This document shows, piece after piece, positions 29,648 through 33,412 of a DNA stretch of 33,412 nt (the first letter of the stretch is position 1; each line of letters begins with the position of its first letter). Below the pieces are notes generated by a model. That model worked only from the letters and a program-made list of their open reading frames with translations. It did not search any database and was not told where the DNA came from. The position numbers were made by a program, and so were the translations under genes. The DNA lies in assembly GCA_048940375.1 (NCBI GenBank), contig JBHLOP010000001.1:1-33412 (forward strand), in the 5' to 3' direction. Origin of the DNA: Promethearchaeota archaeon (lineage in GTDB: Archaea; Asgardarchaeota; Sifarchaeia; Borrarchaeales; Borrarchaeaceae).

Positions 29648-30035
29648 TTGTTTCACCAACTTTAAACTCTTGACTTTCAAGTGCAAGAGAACTGCCACGA
29701 GCTCTCTCTATGATAAGTCTCAACTGAGCAAGACAGTCTATAATAAATCTTATTTTTCATACTTTTGGTTTTGACATACTTTTTGACATTTCTCATCCTT
29801 GTGTCTATCATTTATGCTCTTATTGAACAGCCAAGAAAATGAAATCAGGATTTTCATCAGATATTTCAGCGATTTCAAAGAGAAGTCTTCTAAACCATGG
29901 CTATGTTCTGTATTTACCACTATCCTATATTTTATATTACAAACATTGCAGATTATGAAGGGAGAGTGTTAAACTTGTACTATTAAGAAGGATATGCTTT
30001 TATCAAACAAATTTGAATAATAAAAGGGGAGACGT

Positions 30036-30407
30036 ATGATAACCCAAAGGCACTTTAAAGGTACAGAACCTCCTAGTCAAATGTTTTCTGATTGTTTAGC
30101 TTGTCTTGAACACATGAAAGTTGTTCTTACAAAAAAAGAAGTTCAGAAAGACGAAGGGAACGACTTTGATGGCTTGATAGAAGGTATGAGAATGAGTTCT
30201 TCGGGACAAACAATGATTCGACTCAAAGTACATGGTTTCCGAGAAGGGGGTCATCCATTGTTTGCAGGAGAAGTTATTGAAATCAATGTAGAAACCTTTG
30301 AACTATCTGAGAACAATGAACAGCTCGATACTCCAAATTCGAATGCCTTAAACGAGGAATTTAACAAGCAGATCAATGCTTATGCATGGAAACATGCAGG
30401 TGGCTGA
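30036..30407 (+). CDS. small protein, paralogue 3 of the AOR-linked family (divergent)
   Basis: Shares RHFKGT, CLE, LTKKEV, DFDGLIEG, IRLKVHGFR, ETFELSENNEQLDTP and EEFN with the other two. Lacks their WRDMxHHxGFWPT block. Confidence 0.65.
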   Translation: MITQRHFKGTEPPSQMFSDCLACLEHMKVVLTKKEVQKDEGNDFDGLIEGMRMSSSGQTMIRLKVHGFREGGHPLFAGEVIEINVETFELSENNEQLDTPNSNALNEEFNKQINAYAWKHAGG

Positions 30408-30464
30408 TTAGTAGACTTTTCTCTTCCTCTTCTTGTCATCCAATGTATAAGCTATAAAACAAGC

Positions 30465-31373
30465 TTAACTTTTTTTGTTATTATGTACTGCTTTTCTGAT
30501 CTTTACGAAAGCGTCAAAGGGCGGACAACCAGGAATTTGAATACCTTTGCAATCTGTCGATTCACATGCACAATCGCCAACAATGAAATCTAAACTCGAT
30601 TCAGTATGAGGCTCAGAAGGATTTTTACCCACAACAACTTGCATGTTTTGAACTAACGAAATGTCTCCCTTCTTGTGTAGAGATTGTAGTGCGGTTTTAA
30701 CGATTGCCTTGCAATATTGACAGGTTCCACCTTCATACACATCCACTTTATCATAAACGCCACTTATAGCTAAATCTGGTAACGCAAAGTAGTGTTTTAC
30801 CTTGTCTAGTGGATCGCCAGCTATATTTATGTGATCAAGTCTTCCTTCTCCTAATCCTTGTGCGTTTGCTAATCGTACATGTGCAATACCAAATGGATCA
30901 ACACCCATTATGTCACAACCGACTGCATCACAGGCAACAATATCCGGAGACGCAACAAGCGTGTTTAGATATACTGGAGTTCCTAGTCCAGGACCATGAC
31001 CTTCCATCGCTATTGTTCCATCTATAATGTTCAGGGTAAATTTGTCTTTAACGCATCTGTAAATGTCAACTAACTTCTGGTGGAGGTTATCAAGATGAGC
31101 ATATGTTTTTTGAGAGTCATGGATGATACCTTGCAAATTTTTGAGGCAGAGCGTCACGGTTGTCATGTGGTGAGTTTTCATAACAGGAATATTGATGACA
31201 TGATCTACATCAAAAATAAGTTTAGAAATTAATGGTTTTCTTAGGACTTTATTTTCTGGATTTTCAACCTCGACAAATTCGTACTGGTCGAGATCAACCA
31301 CCTCTCCCCCCACTTCACGCACTGCTTCATTTAAACCAGTACCTTCAAGAATTCGTTCCCAAGATCGCTTCAT
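30465..31373 (-). CDS. DUF362-family protein (ATG-bounded part; the true 5' end lies further upstream)
   Basis: DUF362-like core (PVMKTHHMT, IIDGTIAMEGHGP) and a Cys-rich C-terminus. Confidence 0.8.
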   Translation of the reverse strand: MKRSWERILEGTGLNEAVREVGGEVVDLDQYEFVEVENPENKVLRKPLISKLIFDVDHVINIPVMKTHHMTTVTLCLKNLQGIIHDSQKTYAHLDNLHQKLVDIYRCVKDKFTLNIIDGTIAMEGHGPGLGTPVYLNTLVASPDIVACDAVGCDIMGVDPFGIAHVRLANAQGLGEGRLDHINIAGDPLDKVKHYFALPDLAISGVYDKVDVYEGGTCQYCKAIVKTALQSLHKKGDISLVQNMQVVVGKNPSEPHTESSLDFIVGDCACESTDCKGIQIPGCPPFDAFVKIRKAVHNNKKS

Positions 31374-31653
31374 GATGTGTTTTGTCGGGTACGAAGCGCT
31401 ATCTCCAACTAAGATCTCTTCTGCGTCAGTTAAATGCGTTATAAGTTTTCTAATGACATCTTTATTGGTTGTAATAGGTGCAGGTCGATTATGTGCAATG
31501 TTAGGCTTTATTAAGATCTTACCTTTCAGCGGGAGACCTTCTAATAAATCAACTAACTTTTGAACAGCATCTTCTGGGCTTGAACCTTTTGCTACATTTA
31601 CTGTTTGAATTGCGTTTACCCCCTGAAGTTTCAGCGAATGGTTTAAACAACAT
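31374..31653 (-). other. in-frame N-terminal continuation of the DUF362 gene with no canonical start codon; possible frameshift at a homopolymer
   Basis: Reading upstream of 31373 in frame gives VNVAKGSSPEDAVQKLVDLLEGLPLKGKILIKPNIAHNRPAPITTNKDVIRKLITHLTDAEEILVGDSASYPTKHI, the typical DUF362 N-terminus. There is no in-frame ATG/GTG/TTG back to the stop at about 31741. The nearest ATG (31653) is one frame off, across a C5 run at 31619-31623. Confidence 0.55.
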
Positions 31654-31957
31654 GGGATTATAAACTTATGTAAACAAGCATAGACTTGGCAAAAGTCTTC
31701 TATATTGATTTTGATAAGACTTTGAACAGTATAGGCAAATCAGCTTAAGATATTATTCTTAATAGGAGAAATAATGCATGATTAGACTTTATAATAGACC
31801 AACAAAAATTTGAGGAAACTTTGTGACCTTAAAGGTAACCTTATGCGTGATCTCCTCGATTTTAAGGAATCTGATGACCATATTTATTTACAAAATTCAC
31901 ATTTTGTACGTATTTCTGTTTTTGAGGAAATATATTGCTTGTGAGATCGACATCTTT

Positions 31958-32004
31958 AAATATAGCTCAGTTAATATATAGTCGAGATAATATATAGCCC
32001 AGAT
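31958..32004. repeat. short tandem array of TATA-like about 16-bp direct repeats in the uxaA-family gene promoter
   Basis: AATATATAGTCGAGAT (31973-31988) and AATATATAGCCCAGAT (31989-32004) match at 14 of 16 positions. Degenerate copies flank them at 31928-31947, 31958-31972 and 32005-32023. Confidence 0.5.
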
Positions 32005-32087
32005 ATCATATATTATGGCTATCACCCCCTAACAAGTTGGGAGGGTCATCTTGCGAAAAAATGATAAAATTCAATAGGTGTTGAAGT

Positions 32088-33254
32088 ATGGGTACCTCAT
32101 TTTTTGGATTCGAAAGACCTAATGGCGAAATTGGTGTGCGAAATTATGTAGCGGTTCTTCCAACCGTAGGGTGCGCCAATGAGGTGGTTCTTGAAATCAC
32201 TAGGCATGTAAGTGGCACTGTAGGACTAACACATCGTCAGGGATGTCTAAAACTGCCTCCAGATCTTGTACAAGTAAGTGAAACAATTATTGGTCTAGGA
32301 AAGAATCCTAATATAGCGACTGTTTTATTGGTTAGTTTAGGTTGTGAAAGTGTGTTTCCAGATAAAATAGCAGACGAAATTGCTAAATCTGGAAAACCTG
32401 TTGATTTAGTAGAGATTCAAAAGATAGGAGGCAGCACAAACGCATGTGCAAAAGGCATTGAAATCGCCTCTGAAATGGTACTTGAAGCATCACAAATAAG
32501 GAGAAAGGAATATGACGTCTCTGAATTAATATTGTCTACAAAATGCGGGGCGTCGGATGCAACATCAGGACTTGCTTCAAATCTTGCGGTAGGGGCAGTA
32601 GCTGATAAACTAATCGAAGATGGTGGTACGTTTATACTTGGCGAGGTATGTGACATTATGGGTGCCGAAGATGTCTTGGCAGCACGTGCTGTAACTCCCG
32701 AAGTGGGTAATGAAATAATTTCTATGGTAAAAGATCTGATAGTTAGGGCGCAAGCAGTCGGTATGGATGCTGTAGGTGGGCAATTAACAGAGGGAAATAA
32801 GAGAGGTGGACTCACTACAGTCAAAGAAAAGGCTTTGGGTGCAATAGCTAAGGGTGGTTCGACTCCAGTAAAAGGAACAATAGGATACGCTGAAAAACCG
32901 CCTGGAAAGGGACTTTACGTTATGCCGACCCCAGGACGAGGATATGAAAATCTTACTGGTGTAGCGGCAGCGGGCTCTCAACTTATGCTATTTACTACAG
33001 GGCTAGGCGCACCAGAAGGGCATCCGATCATGCCAGTCATCAAGTTAACGGGAAATATCAACACATGGGAGAATTTACGATCACATATGGACTTTAACGT
33101 TAGTGGAATAATCGAAGGCACGGAAACTGTTGAGCAAGCAGGTGAAAAACTTTATGAAGAAATGTTAAGTGTAGCCTCTGGTAAATTGACGAAAGCCGAG
33201 ATTCTGAAATATAATGAGGGTATGGAAATCCTAACATACGGACCCACGATTTAG
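32088..33254 (+). CDS. UxaA-family (altronate/galactarate dehydratase-like) catalytic C-terminal-domain protein
   Basis: FxGFERPNGEIGVRNYVAVLPTVGCAN, TKCGASDATSG and FTTGLGAP are typical of the UxaA/GarD large domain. GGTG lies 7 nt before the ATG. Confidence 0.8.
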   Translation: MGTSFFGFERPNGEIGVRNYVAVLPTVGCANEVVLEITRHVSGTVGLTHRQGCLKLPPDLVQVSETIIGLGKNPNIATVLLVSLGCESVFPDKIADEIAKSGKPVDLVEIQKIGGSTNACAKGIEIASEMVLEASQIRRKEYDVSELILSTKCGASDATSGLASNLAVGAVADKLIEDGGTFILGEVCDIMGAEDVLAARAVTPEVGNEIISMVKDLIVRAQAVGMDAVGGQLTEGNKRGGLTTVKEKALGAIAKGGSTPVKGTIGYAEKPPGKGLYVMPTPGRGYENLTGVAAAGSQLMLFTTGLGAPEGHPIMPVIKLTGNINTWENLRSHMDFNVSGIIEGTETVEQAGEKLYEEMLSVASGKLTKAEILKYNEGMEILTYGPTI

Positions 33255-33412
33255 AGTCAACTACCCCACCCTAAAGGGTAGGGGCTTGGGAAACCAAGTC
33301 CCTTAGTTGATTAGAGGGCTTCCATTTATTGGGACGCAGCAGTTGTTTAGGTCATGACACCCTGGGGTGCTCCACTAGCCCCCTGCTCTGTCGTCGGTGG
33401 TTAAAAGTTCTG
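33255..33412 (+). ncRNA. GC-rich structured segment, candidate structured RNA or rRNA-operon leader, cut by the window edge; strand uncertain
   Basis: Outer helix AGTCAACTA (33255-33263) pairs with TAGTTGATT (33304-33312). It encloses hairpins ACCC-TAAA-GGGT (33268-33279) and GGGGCTTGG-GAAA-CCAAGTCCC (33281-33302). GC content is far above the window background. No ORF. Confidence 0.3.

Noticed and set aside
29754-29790. Direct repeats CATACTTTT(T)G and TTGACAT in the rubredoxin / paralogue-3 intergenic region
   Set aside because: The repeats are short and T-rich in low-complexity promoter DNA. No second locus is available for comparison, so they cannot be distinguished from chance.
31775-31790. 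ATAATGCATGATTAG in the DUF362/uxaA divergent region, considered as a third copy of the AOR operator
   Set aside because: Only one half-site (ATGCAT) matches, and the arm spacing and second arm do not. ATGCAT alone also occurs several times inside coding regions.

Overview
AT-rich segment (about one-third GC by eye) that reads as archaeal chromosome. It carries Spt5/NusG next to SecE, an FtsZ homologue, HdrA/MvhD-type flavoproteins and tungsten-type aldehyde:ferredoxin oxidoreductases (AOR). Genes are followed by oligo-T tracts and preceded by TATA-like boxes. GGAGG/GGTGA Shine-Dalgarno motifs are also clear, and several gene pairs overlap by 4 bp (ATGA/GTGA). A Lokiarchaeia/Asgard-like origin is my guess only. 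Gene content in order: an Fe-S and sulfur supply block (Mrp/NBP35, DUF362-ferredoxin, cysteine desulfurase, cysteine synthase); a MazG-like pyrophosphatase; a minimal TGT-superfamily protein; an MFS-glutaredoxin-thioredoxin-fold operon; a QmoAB-like HdrA pair; type I GAPDH; a duplicated-half ferredoxin; secE-spt5 divergent from ftsZ; larB/larC plus a gamma-carbonic-anhydrase-like gene. Next comes a tandemly duplicated module of AOR plus a small unknown protein. After that lie a rubredoxin / GNAT-like / B12-radical-SAM / MoaD-like cluster, a third copy of the small protein, a second DUF362 gene with a defective 5' end, and a UxaA-family dehydratase domain. The window ends in a GC-rich, strongly structured non-coding segment. 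I found no CRISPR array, transposase, integrase, or canonical tRNA/rRNA signature. The best candidate for something undescribed is the AOR island at about 20.3-30.4 kb. It holds a three-member ~125-aa protein family with no domain I recognise, syntenic with duplicated AORs. It also has a conserved palindromic operator and a conserved translation-start architecture. The adjacent radical-SAM/GNAT-like/ubiquitin-fold cluster belongs to the same island. All functional calls come from reading motifs in the translations; no database search was possible.
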